A program made the position numbers and the translations under genes. Source: Mesotaenium endlicherianum (taxonomy: Eukaryota). From it: a DNA stretch of 33,986 nt. Shown here piece by piece: positions 12,121 through 23,235 of this stretch. Position 1 is the first letter of the stretch, and each line of letters opens with the position of its first letter. The DNA lies in contig WELA01002099.1 in NCBI GenBank assembly GCA_009602735.1, forward strand, positions 337,351 through 371,336. The letters are read 5' to 3'. The notes beneath the pieces are model-generated. The model searched no databases. It saw only the letters and a program-made list of their open reading frames with translations, and was not told the origin of the DNA.

Positions 12121-13130
12121 TGTTGTTGAGGTTGCTTCGCCTTCACATGACAATCTCGAGCCATATATCCAAGCTTGCCACAATTATAGCAGGGTCCTCT
12201 CGGCTTGTAATTCTGTTGCCTGCGCTGGTTCTGAACAAGTCCCAACTCCATGGGTACTGGACCTTGAACACTTGTGCTTGGCGCTTGAGATCCAAAGTGT
12301 CGATATCCTCCAAAGTTGTGGCTGCCCCACTGCCTCTGACTATACTCCACAACGTCGATTTTTGTTGCCAATGCCATCATTTCTCCAAGACTGGTAGGGT
12401 CCTTGAGCGCCACTTCCTTGGCCACAGTTGGCTTGAGTCCCCTCTTGAACTTGTCCATCATCTCCGACTCGTGCATGGATGGACATTGAAGCACCAGCTC
12501 GTTGAAGCGCAATACATACTCTTGAACGCTTGCTCGTTGGCGAAGGCGCACCAATAGATCTCGAGCGGTAGCCTCGGACGCAATAGGTTGAAATTGCCTC
12601 TTCAAGCCTTCAAATAGCTGATCAACAGTAGCAGGAACTCCAGACAGCTGCTCCTGTCGCTCATACCAAGCTCCAGCACTCTTCTGCAGTAAAGTCATGA
12701 CAAAGGCGACTTGCCTGTTGGGCGTGAGCGCAGAATACTCCATAAACTTCTTCACTCCAAAAATCCATTGATGAACAGGCGGCGATCCACGCTCTCCAGT
12801 ATAAACTTCAGGCTTAGGCGCACGCACTCCTGATGCGGGTGGAATAACTGGTTGCACCACTGGGTTAACATGAATCGGTGGCACAACAGGTGCAGGTGCC
12901 AAACTCGTCGAAGCGGCGTTCCCCATAACAACTCGCACCATTCTCTCCACCTCCGCGTGCATATTTTGTTGAAACTGGGTGTAGACTTCTCCTCCAATTG
13001 CATTTGCCATTTGCCTTAGCATCGCCTGCATCTCTTGTTGCTCTTTGGTCATTGTTGGTGGTGCCTGCTGCCTCGCGCGCTCAACATGCTCGACATGTTC
13101 GCCTCCTCCAGCTGCCGGCTGCGACTCCAT
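12099..13130 (-). CDS. gag: B gag (343 aa, open frame)
   Basis: PKPEVYTG, LRQRASVQEYVLRF, KFKRGLK, PVPMELG, knuckle CYNCGKLGYMARDC (His replaced by Tyr). ATG ~20 nt after the PBS. Confidence 0.93.
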   Translation of the reverse strand: MESQPAAGGGEHVEHVERARQQAPPTMTKEQQEMQAMLRQMANAIGGEVYTQFQQNMHAEVERMVRVVMGNAASTSLAPAPVVPPIHVNPVVQPVIPPASGVRAPKPEVYTGERGSPPVHQWIFGVKKFMEYSALTPNRQVAFVMTLLQKSAGAWYERQEQLSGVPATVDQLFEGLKRQFQPIASEATARDLLVRLRQRASVQEYVLRFNELVLQCPSMHESEMMDKFKRGLKPTVAKEVALKDPTSLGEMMALATKIDVVEYSQRQWGSHNFGGYRHFGSQAPSTSVQGPVPMELGLVQNQRRQQNYKPRGPCYNCGKLGYMARDCHVKAKQPQQQEKGGRQ

Positions 13131-13150
13131 AATATAATATGCAAACTAGC

Positions 13151-13165
13151 CCAGCTTCGATACCA
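13151..13165 (-). promoter_or_regulatory. Primer-binding site of B (tRNA-iMet type, variant)
   Basis: TGGTATCGAAGCTGG, 2 nt after the 5' LTR end. Confidence 0.9.
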
Positions 13166-13167
13166 GA

Positions 13168-13911
13168 TGAAAGGGGCAGAGTGCCAGAGTGGAAGCGTAG
13201 TAACTCACGAGGAAAGGAACTAGTTGCAATCATACTAAAGAGTGCAGCGGCATATTGCTAAGAGAGCTTAGGAAAAATACTCAACATTTTGAGTAGCAAG
13301 AAACTGCTCACAATTGATGTAGAATGGAAGGCCTTGTCATTACAAACCCGTAGAAATTTACAGAAGTGAACACTGATAAGATACAAAGAAGTTATGCCTA
13401 TTTATAATTTTCTGCCTAAGTGCTCCGCTCTAGGAGGAAGCTACAGATTTTCTTAAGTGTTCGTCAAATTGTCCCTTCTTGAATATTCGTGAGTAAGCTA
13501 GATCAGTCTAATCTGACGTGTCGGGCCGAATTGACGTCCACATACATGCATCGACATTACTAGAATATTCTATCTTAGACGCGCTAGGCTAAACCAAAAC
13601 TTCTAGGTAAATCGACCTAGTCGGCACCCCGCGTCAGCCGAACTTACGTGAAGGTTCGAGTTCATTCTAACGGGCCAGATGGCTCGACGCTGTCGGTCAA
13701 TCCGACGGTCGCGCTCACCGCGAATTAAGGACAGTCGTCAACCGACCTCAAAACTAATCAAACTTCGGAAACCCATAACTCTCTCAATACTTGACCAAAT
13801 TTGATGAACTTTATATCAAAATGACCACAAAAATGCACTCTATACTACTATAATATCAAAACATACTTTCATGAAACTCAAAAATGCACTTTATAAACCT
13901 ATGACCTTACA
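13168..13911 (-). repeat. 5' LTR of B (744 bp)
   Basis: Direct repeat of 7780-8524; followed by the PBS. Confidence 0.96.
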
Positions 13912-14312
13912 GCCTAGCAGGCCCAAGCCAAAGCCACCTCAGGAATATGACCCTGAGGGAAACAAAAAGTATCACCTGATAAAGATTCTTGGTGATGTTG
14001 AGCAATGGCTAGAGTGTAATCTAGACATGCAAGATTTTGGAAAGATCAGATACTCCGGTGCTCTGCTGAAAGGCAACGCAGCAGACTGGTGGCTCTACTA
14101 TAAAGGAGAGCGTAACGTTAAACAACTCGGTGACCCTACATGGGAAGAGTTCGTTGAACAGTTGCATGAGAAGTTTGATGTCATTAATCAGATGGGGAAA
14201 GCTATCTATGCAATGATCTCCTTATCACTGAAGCAGACCACTTCAGTTGCTGGGTATGTGCAAAAGTTCCAAGAAAACATGATGATGCAGCCTGCGTTGC
14301 CGGAGCTGTGTA

Positions 14313-15057
14313 TGTAAGGTCATAGATTTATAAAGTGCATTTTTGAGTTTCATGAAAGTATGTTTTGATTGTATAGTAGTGTAGAGTGCATTTTTGTGGT
14401 CATTTTGATATAAAGTTCATCGAATTTGGTCAAGTATCGAGAGAGTTATGGATTTCCGAAGTTTGATTAGTTTTGAGGTCGGCTGACGACTGTCCTTAAT
14501 TCGCGGTAAACGCGACCGTCGGATTGACCGACAGCGTCGAGCGATCTGGCCCGTTAGAATGAACTCGAACCTTCACGTAAGTTCGGCTGACGCGGAGTGC
14601 CGACTAGGTCGATTTACCTAGAAGTTTCGGTTTAGCCTAGCGCGTCTAAGATAGAATATTCTAGTAATGTCGATGCATGTATGTGGACGTCAATTCGGCC
14701 CGACACGTCAGATTAGACTGATCTAGCTTACTCACGAATATTCTGGAAGGGACGATTTGACGAACACTTAGGAAAATCTGTAGCTTCCTCCTAGAGAGGA
14801 GCACTTAGGCAGAAAATTATAAATAGGCATAACTTCTTTGTTTCTTATCAATTTTTCACTTCTGTAAATTTCTACGGGTTTGTGATGACAAGGCCTTTCA
14901 TCCTACATCATTTGTGAGCAGTTTCTTGCTACTCAAAATGTTGAGTATTTTTCCTAAGCTTTGTTAGTGATATGCCGCTGCACTCTCTAGTATGATGGCA
15001 ACTAGTTCCTTTCCTCGTGAGTCACTACGCTTCCACTAGGGCACTTTGCCCCTTTTA
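14313..15057 (+). mobile_element. Solo LTR of family B (745 bp), opposite orientation to the full-length B
   Basis: TGTAAGG...CCTTTTA (terminal CA mutated to TA). TSD GTGTA at 14308-14312 and 15058-15062. TATAAATA at ~14818. Confidence 0.95.
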
Positions 15058-15769
15058 GTGTAGAATTGCATACTTCGGATTTGGTTTGAAGTTTGAGGTC
15101 TCTAGTCATTTTGCTGAGAAGGAGTATGACAAGCTCGCTGACTTGATCCGAGATACTGATGCTTGGGATCAACAGCAGTTCAACCATAAGCGCCAAAGTA
15201 TCGGTTTGGGGGCTAAGATTGTCAAACACCCACATGGTTCCTACAATGCAATCGAAGGAGACCAAGGTGAGGATAATCAGATTCATGAGCAAGAGTACTT
15301 TGGATATGAGTACAATGCAATGCAGTCGAGAGGGAGAGGTGGGTACTCTCGAGGAGGCTTTGGAAGAGGTGGTGGTACCGAGACCAACCTCAACAAACTT
15401 GATTTGCTACCATTGTCAAGAGAGAGGCTACTACAGGGAGCAGTGTCCTACAAATTACCTACCAAATTTGGAGAGAAAGGACCAACCTTTAAAAGATAGC
15501 AACAATCAGTAATCCAGTCTACTGACTGTGAGGAGGCTAGCGATAGTGATTCATTGCTAGTTGCCCTCGTAGCAGGTGTTATGGGCCCTGCTGAACTGCA
15601 TTCACTATGCATGCATGACAATCCGATAAAGGAGACCATCAGCAATATAGATTTTCAGAGAGTGCACACTCCGGATGACCTGTTCCACTTGATATCCAAC
15701 ATTTCTTTGCTCAGTCAGGAGAAGAATGCGAAAGTCAAGAAGAGTCAGCTATCCTACGGCATTGCATGA

Positions 15770-17770
15770 TTACAAGTAGGAAGCCTGAAGGTAAGGGCAT
15801 TTGTTGACAGAGAAGCGTCACATGATTTTATCTATAAGGACTCAGTGAAGCGGCTAAGGTTGCCTACTGTCACCCAAGGAAATAGAAAAATATTTATTGG
15901 AGATGCCTCAAGTATCTCGAGAGGAATTATAACCAAGCCTATTGAGGTCCAGTGAGGTTCTGGCATTGCAATTCGAACTGAAACCCTTACATTTGAGGTA
16001 ATCAACACTGGCTTTCATGATTTCGTGCTGGGGAGGTCTTGGTTAAATAGACATAAAGCTGAAGTGGGTTGGAGCAGAGGTACATTTCAAGTGAGAATGA
16101 CCAACGATGGGCAAACTAACTTGGCACCCTCCGGTGTCTCTCCTCTTGTCTTGTATGGATGGCAAATGAAAGGAAGAAAAGGTTTCCAGGAGGATGCAAG
16201 TTGCTGAATGCAACGGAGCTCGTCCAAAGCTGGAACCAGAAGGAGGACAAAATGTTTTGCCTATTGCTCAAAGAGGTACCTCCTCAACCCGAAGAAGTGG
16301 TTGAGAAAAAGGTAAGCCCTCCGGAGCACCCCACTGCTGCAATAATTGTTGCTACATATGATGATGTTTTTAACATACCCCTAAGACTGCCACTTAAGAG
16401 GGAGGTACATGATAGGATTGAGACAATGCCAGGACATTGACCTTCTTGGAAACGCACTTATGACTTGTCTTATGTAGAGAGTGAAAAGTTAAAAGCACCA
16501 ATTAAAGAACTGGAGGAGAATCGTTACATATCTCTTAGCAAATCACCTTACGCCGCACCTATCGTATTGGTTAAAAAGATATATTGCAGCATGCAAATTG
16601 CGAATCATCATCAGTAGCGAATGTGTGTGGATTCCAGAGCCCTAAACAGAATCACAGTCTAGAACAAGTATGCTTTACCAAGAATCAAGGATTTGCTTGA
16701 TACACTGTCTGAAGCTAAAGTGTTCAGTATGACTGACCTTTAGAGTGAATATCAGCAAATATCAGCAAATCAGGATTGCTAAGAGAGATGAACATAAGAC
16801 TGCTTTCCGCACCAGGTTTGGACATTATGAGTTTAATGTGATGCCTTTTGGTCTGACTAATGCTCCTGCTACCTTCATGGATGCTATGAATTACATTTTC
16901 GGACCTTATCTGGATAAGTTTGTGCAAGTCTCTTTAGATGACATTCTATTTTTCTCTAAAAATGAGTCTGAGCATGCTGAGCACCTTCGGAGTGATAGAT
17001 ACTTTTAGAAAGAATCAAATTTATAATAATATGAGCAAATGTGATTTCTTTAAGGAGAGTATTGAATTCTTGGATTATGTTGTCAGTACAAAAGGCATCA
17101 GCGTTGACCCAAAGAAATTCCAGACCATAAAGGACTGGCCAGTACCTCAGTCTGTCTCAGAAGTAAGATCCTTCCTTAGGTTGGCCAATTATTACAAGAG
17201 ATTTGTTGGGAATTATTATACTAAGGCCAATAAACTGACTGACCTCACTAACAAGGAGATGGGCTATGTGTGTGGGGAAGAGCAGCAAGCTGCCTTCCAC
17301 ACCCTGAAGTATGCCTTGTGCTCTGCCCCTGTTCTCACTGTACATGACCCTGCAAACCTGTCCAGGTGGTTACTGATGCTTGCGGCTTTGCCATGGGTAC
17401 TATTTAGTTGCAGCTTGCTAATAAAACCACAAAGGATGGTAAGGTACAGAAAGACTAGCACCCTGTACTATCTGAGTCCATGAAGTTCAATCCAGCTGAG
17501 ATCAATTATTCTCTGCATGACAAGGAGCTACTAGTTATCTTTCATGTTCTCAAGCAGTAGAGAGCATATTTATATGGAAAAGCTTTTAAGGTGATTACGA
17601 ATCATCTAGCTCGAACTCATTTCTAGAAGAAGTCCAAGTTGTCAGGGAGGGAGAACCGCTGGAGCCAGATGTTGGAGCAATTTCAAGTCCAAATTGACTA
17701 CAAACCAAGGAAGTTGAATCCTGCTGATGCTCTCTCTAGAAGACCTGATTTGCAGGAAAAGAACTTTAAT
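15770..17770 (+). pseudogene. pol: A1 pol remnant: aspartic protease, RT, RNase H
   Basis: AFVDREASHDF (decayed DSGA motif), [78 protein letters not shown]. Many stops and frameshifts. Confidence 0.93.
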
Positions 17771-17804
17771 TAGATGATGTTGATAGGGTCCTTTGTGCAC
17801 TGAC

Positions 17805-18818
17805 GATAACAATCTGAGCTATTTTAGGCGTATTTGGGACGTTTTCTCAATCACCTCAAATATCTTACGTTGTTATCAATATATTATTTGGTATATGTTT
17901 GCATCTTGATGAAGTATTTGCCACACGGGTGTGCCAACTAATCCCTGGTCGATTAGCGAAACGACCAATATGCTATTGCAAAAAGCATCGTAAAGAGATT
18001 CGACCACTTTGCAATTATACGACATAATCATTCATGAAGCTACTTTGAGTGATTATGTGATGATAAGCTAATTAATTAAAAATTGATTAGTCTATGATTG
18101 ATTGTCATTATTTCGGATAATGCACAGTCACCGATTTTGGGTCAACGACTCGTCGTTGACCCGAACGAAGTCGTAAAACTCAAACGAAACGATTATGCAA
18201 ATTTACTTTGCATCCATGCGGATTTGAACCCGCAACCCTTCGTTTGAGACGATGACACCTAACTGATTGGCGAAGTAATTATTACAACTACTCGATCATG
18301 ACGAAAGCATGTGCGCACAACGAACGGTCACGTCTATTGAAAAACATCTAAGACATGGCCGCGATTAGTCACGTCTACTTAAAAAGAAGCTTAGATGTGA
18401 CTACCAACAATCACGTCTATTCAAAGGACGCGACTACGCCGATTCGGTGCAAAACGATTCGTTACGATTCGTCGCGATTCGTTGAAAGTCTCGAAACTGC
18501 CACACGGCATGATTTCGGGCATTTGGTCAATTGTGTCACTACCATTTGACCATTTTTGTTGACATGACCGGTGCCCTAGGTGGTGACTCGAAGCACTCAA
18601 GTGCCTCACGTTGAACAGGTGTAAATACCTGCGAGAGTCATTGTGAGTGCAACTCTCACAAGCACTAATTCTATACTTACGCTTTCTTTCTTTTCTCGCT
18701 CTCAGGCACTTAGCCAGGATTACGGGTTTGAGATATTTTCTTTTTGCTATTATCATATATTCCTTCAATACCGAGGAAACAAATCTCAAAAATTGGAACG
18801 TTATGAAGAAACGTTACA
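17805..18818 (+). mobile_element. LTR-like repeat C, copy 1 (~1.0 kb)
   Basis: Homologous to 26446-27140. Ends GTTACA, the inverse of the TGTAAC start of copy 2. Left end degenerate, no TSD. Orientation is tentative (TATA-like TGTAAATA at ~18620). Confidence 0.72.
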
Positions 18819-19359
18819 CTTCTAAGCAATTAACAATTAGTTTAAAGATCTTTATATCTGCAACTAATCTTTATGGTATTTACTGGTTAACTTACTAATC
18901 AGCAAAAACCACACAACTAGCGCAAGCAACGATCACCAAATGCAAAAAACGAGCATCAATCATGCAATAAGTGTACTCACACATAACAAGGTCAGTAAGC
19001 AATTCGTAAAATACTTGTAGCATTGGATTCAGATGTTCTCTCAGTATTTTGTACGGAGATTTGGCCTCGTTTTCAAGTATCGAACTCGATGGCATTACCC
19101 AGCTTATGTACATGGAATGAGTTTACTGTTCAACGGCAAGTGCCATGGCAGCACCTACCTGGGAGTTAAACACGTTGGTAGGACCTCGGCTAACCAAATC
19201 CATAGCCCATCTCCATCATCGCGCCATCCGCGTAAGGCGTGTCATGGCTGACGACCGCGGCTTAGGTTACACGTGAGTGTCAACACACACGTGAGCGCGT
19301 GGACGCTATTGAGTGTCCACATGTGTGAGTAGACTCTATTTATTTTATTTATATTTTCA
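18819..19359 (-). repeat. Divergent, shorter family-A-related LTR, missing ~20 bp at its left end
   Basis: Aligns to 3298-3700 (AAAGATCTTTATATC, GTACATGGAATGAGTTTACTGTTCAACGG), then diverges. Probable terminus TTTCA at 19359. Confidence 0.75.
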
Positions 19360-19389
19360 ACTATGGCAGGAATTATAAATTGTGTGCTT

Positions 19390-21636
19390 TGTGAAGATGT
19401 CGATTAGAAGCCAGCCGACAAGCGTGTGGAAAGATCGACGGGTTGTTGACTACTCGACAAAAGCTGTAGGACCTTTGTGGTCCACAAGAAAGTCAAGGAG
19501 TAGCCGGGCTAGTCCAGGCGGGTCGTGGGGATAGCAGGGGCTGCACATGGGCGCCACGCGTCAATGCGAGACGCATGGAAACCAAAGAAGGGGGAGATCA
19601 GTGTTACAGGGCGGAATTCCAACACATGCCGAGGACGACGCGGCGCAAAGTGGCGTGGCGGGGCCACAGCCACTTTGACTTTTGCTGGCGAATACCAATA
19701 TTTGACAAGGAAGGCCAGCACAATTCAAGAATGCGCCAGCAGCTTGTCAGGCGCAACTAACAAGCCTATTTGTCGAGTAAGCTTGCCGTGCGCCAAGGAG
19801 CGACGAGGTCGCTTGGCGCGAAGAAACGACGCGAGAGGGCTCGGTCAGTCGTGTGGCGCCATGCGAGCAAGGCAGCCATACGGCGAAGTACGAAGGGGTG
19901 GCAGGGTGGTGGCGAGGGGTGGCAGGGTGGTGGCTAGGGGTGGCATAGGGGCAAGCAGGCCCCTTGCGACCATTTTGACCAGTCGCTAGCAAGGGGTGGC
20001 AGGGTGGTGGCGAGGGGTGGCATGGGGGCAAGCGGGCTCCTTGCAACCATTTTGACTAGTCAAGCTAGTATACAAGGAAAAGGAGCCTTGGTGTCGCGAC
20101 TACTATCCGTTTGACGGTGCCGCACGCGCAGCGCAAGCTACGGCCACCCAGGTACGAAAAGTCAACGTGACTCACCGACCACTTGACTGATTTCTTCGCA
20201 GTCGGCGGTTATGTCAACATCAAGACCACTGGCATGGGGTCAATGTCAATGTGCCCCACACCCAGGAATGGGGGAGGTTTTGACAGGATAAACAGCCGCG
20301 AGACTAGAAGTTGGGGATCAGTGATGGGCCGCCCAGCAGGTACCAAGTCCGGTACTGTGTGACCGGCAGATTAAGCCAGGTCATGGCCGCAATGCCAAGA
20401 TAGATTACGGCCGCCCGAGTGGGAATCTTGAGAAAGTGGCATTTGCTTGTACACAACGTGCAGGAGTTGTTAGCCATGAGCCAATTAGGCGTGACTGCCA
20501 GCTGAGAAGCTAAGCAGCCACGCGCGACAGTCACGAGGTGTGCATGCATGCTGAGTGACTACGAGTTTGAGTTGAGCATGCCTAGGCAGAAGCGACATGC
20601 AGCTAAGCTTTGTGACTAAGCACGGCATTCTCGAAAGATGACGCTGTGTGGTGCATGCGAAAGGCACAAATCTTGCCTGAGACACTCACGCACTTTTGCC
20701 AAGAAGCAGAAGAAGCAGAAGGAAGAAGAAGAAGGGCGCAAAGAAGAAGAAGGAGTTCCCAAGGCCATTGGAGGGCCGAGGCCCCACGCTTCTGCCGACG
20801 TTGAAGATTCTTCTCAGTGTATCATACTTAAGTTAGGATTGTAGGAGTTCCCAAGAGGGAATCTCACTGTTGAAAGCAAGAGGACTGCAGAATAGAATTT
20901 GCTAGGAGATTAGCACAGATTTGGCCGAACGCCACAAGTGTGTGTGAAGCAGCCTTAAAATGGTAAGTTGTGTGTTAGTTTCCAGGTTCTCAAAAGTCGC
21001 ATTCGTATCTCGAAGAGAGAGAGTAGTGTTGATAGATAAAGCTCTCAGTGAAGAACTGAGTGAGCCTAGCCTGGTAGTGAAGAGCTGCTAAGGCGCGGTG
21101 TTAAGTGAAGAGCTTGAACCAGGCCAGCATAGACGTGTAGTTTCATAGTTTTGTAAGCTGTGACTTGCGAAAGTTAAGCGAAAGCCTGAAGGGCGATTTT
21201 CTCTGAACCTGACGTTGTATGTCAAGCTGCTTAGAGTGTGACTTCTGCAAACCACAATTTGCTCACCTGTGAACTCAAGAACCTTAAGGCATAAAGCCTA
21301 TGTGGAAGTAAGAGACTTCCGTCCTTGTAAGAGGAATTAAGGCAAGGCAGGTATTTTTAAGAATTTTTGCTAAAGTCTTAGGATAAGCAGACGGCGAGAG
21401 TTGGGTGAAGAAGAACGTTGCCCTAAGTACTGGCTATGGTTGCATGGTGCAAGTTCAGGAGCCCAGGGATGGGTTAGCCGAGGTAAGGCTTGTCACCGAC
21501 ACACGTGTGAAGATCAATCAACCAGTTCGAAGGCACACGTGCTGAAAGGCTACGCACGTGCGAGGGACCGACACTGTTAGGCACAACATTGGTTGTCTTG
21601 TTCTTGTTCTTGTTCTTGTTCTCGATCGTGGTGGAA
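19390..21636. other. Unassigned non-coding DNA, probably a large LTR or leader of a retroelement
   Basis: No credible ORF. G-rich tandem repeats, a GAA-rich tract at ~20700-20755 and (TTGTTC)n at ~21593-21622. No second copy, TSD or PBS found. Confidence 0.3.
19893..20068 (+). repeat. G-rich nested tandem repeat (21-bp unit inside a ~77-98-bp duplication)
   Basis: AGGGGTGGCAGGGTGGTGGCG-like unit occurs three times. The block ending CCTTGC.ACCATTTTGAC.AGTC occurs twice (starts 19893 and 19991). Confidence 0.85.
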
Positions 21637-23235
21637 CGTTTGTGAGGGGGCCGACAAGTTCCCCTCACGAACGCCCCCAAATGATAACGCCAAACTCCAA
21701 AAAGCGAGCGTCACCGTGACCACACGGACGCGAACGACAAACTTTCAGCAGCAGAAATGACGACCGCAAGGCGGCGACGACGACAGACCGCAACGTCCAC
21801 GACAGCGAACGACACGCCGGAACGGTCGACGGCGCCCGTCGGCGTTGAAACGAATCAACCTCCACAAAAACAAAGAGGCGCGGCCAAGCAAGAAGGGGCC
21901 CGCGCCATGGCCGACAACAAAAAAAAAGACGAGGAAGCTCGACACAACTCACCTCGGTCCTCGACCGTCCGCCCCCCGCTCCCCCCTTCCGCCAGCGGCC
22001 ATGGCCCGACAGTCGCCGCTGCACAAACACAAAAGCGAAAGAGTGTCAGTCAAATGACGACTTCGACAACACCAGATACACATGTATAGTGCGCCGGCGG
22101 TTGCGAAAGGGCGGGCCGCACTGGGGCCGCACCGGAAAAGCGTTCACGACGAATGCTTTCGCGTCGTAAAGCTCCGATGTCAAACGCATACAGGCCCTCG
22201 CGCACACGAGCGAGGGTCCCTTACTGATTCCCCCCTCACAAAATTTACGTGAGGGGCGCCTTACTCACCAACACAAGACAGGCCCCGTTCTGGATCCTAT
22301 TCCACGGATTCCGGCCACAAGCTACTCTCGAATATTTTCTATAGATGTGCAAGCTAGGCTTGTCTTGACCTAGTTGGATCAGTTTGTAACTTATTATATG
22401 TCTTTTGCTGCAACTTATTTTAGGTCATGTTTTGCTGCATACTACTACATAAGGGTATGTGTTAAATACTCTGATCATTTGTATATGATGTTAGAGGACA
22501 CGGGAAAGGGACAAAGAGGGCTGGAGTTCACAAAATCAGCACCTAAAATGTGAAATCGCTTTGCTTGGTGTGTGTTAAGCTAGGACGGTGAATAAGACAC
22601 TATAAGCTTGACTATGTGAGTACGCATGCTCATAATTACAAAATTGTGATGCTTCAATGCTAGAATATTGCATTAATACTTGCATTGTTAGCTTAAGGGA
22701 CAAGCGAGACATAGCAGATTTGAGCATTGTGTATGTGTGGTAAAATTTCGGAATTTAGCACGAGCAATTACCTATACAAAGGAGTGCTGAAGCTGTAGAA
22801 ATTTATCTTTTCAAGTCATTTCGATAACCTTCAAGTCATTACGTTGACCTTGTACGAGCCAATTTATCTAGAAAGCAAAAAGCCTATTTCTTTGTGGCAC
22901 ATTTCATAGTTTGTAAACAGGTTCCTCTCAGCCTTTGTGTGAAGCACGAGTGCTACTGTGCTCGCTGATCAGGTGAGTTGGATGGCCGTACATGAGATGA
23001 CTCACCCAAGGATCAAAGACTTGTGAGACGGTGACTTTTTGTGCCAAATGATATCAGTTGACTCTTACCAGTTTCAGTTTTATCACGCACATTCTGTAGC
23101 TCACACGCCTACTTTTAAAAATCTGATTTCAGCAGACATACGTATTGTGCTTATTAGGCTAGTCCTAACAAGATATACGTGTCTTGGTGATCAGGTTCCA
23201 GAGGCGAAGGTGATATACTTCAGGTTCAAAAGTAT

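Larger units (their letters stand above)
7780..13911 (-). mobile_element. Full-length Ty3/Gypsy chromovirus B (6132 bp), inserted in A1 gag
   Basis: Two LTRs (7780-8524 and 13168-13911, roughly 40 differences by eye), TSD GCCTA (7775-7779 and 13912-13916), PBS, PPT, and gag-PR-RT-RH-IN-chromodomain. Confidence 0.97.
7206..15510 (+). pseudogene. gag: A1 gag, split into 7206-7779, 13917-14312 and 15063-~15510
   Basis: Joined junctions read ...GGGRGP|SRPKPKPPQEYD... and ...PELC|RIAYFGFGLKFEV... in frame. Capsid-like LLKGNAADWW / PTWEEF / LKQTTSVAGYVQKF; RGG stretch; degenerate zinc knuckle CYHCQERGYYREQC. Contains premature stops. Confidence 0.88.
6415..17804 (+). mobile_element. Ty3/Gypsy element A1: 5' LTR, PBS, gag, PR, RT, RNase H; integrase and 3' LTR missing; hosts B and a B solo LTR
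   Basis: 5' LTR, then a PBS-like GTGTATCGAAGC, then gag and pol remnants in Gypsy order. The gag frame is restored when the B insertions plus one TSD copy are removed. Confidence 0.88.

Noticed and set aside
8542..13223. Antisense and alternate-frame ORFs overlapping B (and similarly ORF-X and the LTRs)
   Set aside because: Shadow ORFs of coding or repeated sequence with no independent motifs.
7780..15057. Recombinant or gene-converted origin of the B 5' LTR from the neighbouring solo LTR
   Set aside because: At sites where the two B LTRs differ, the solo LTR sides alternately with each, as expected for independent mutation.
19398..21656. Defined LTR with TGTCG...CGACA termini
   Set aside because: No PBS after either candidate CGACA end, no TSD and no second copy in the window.
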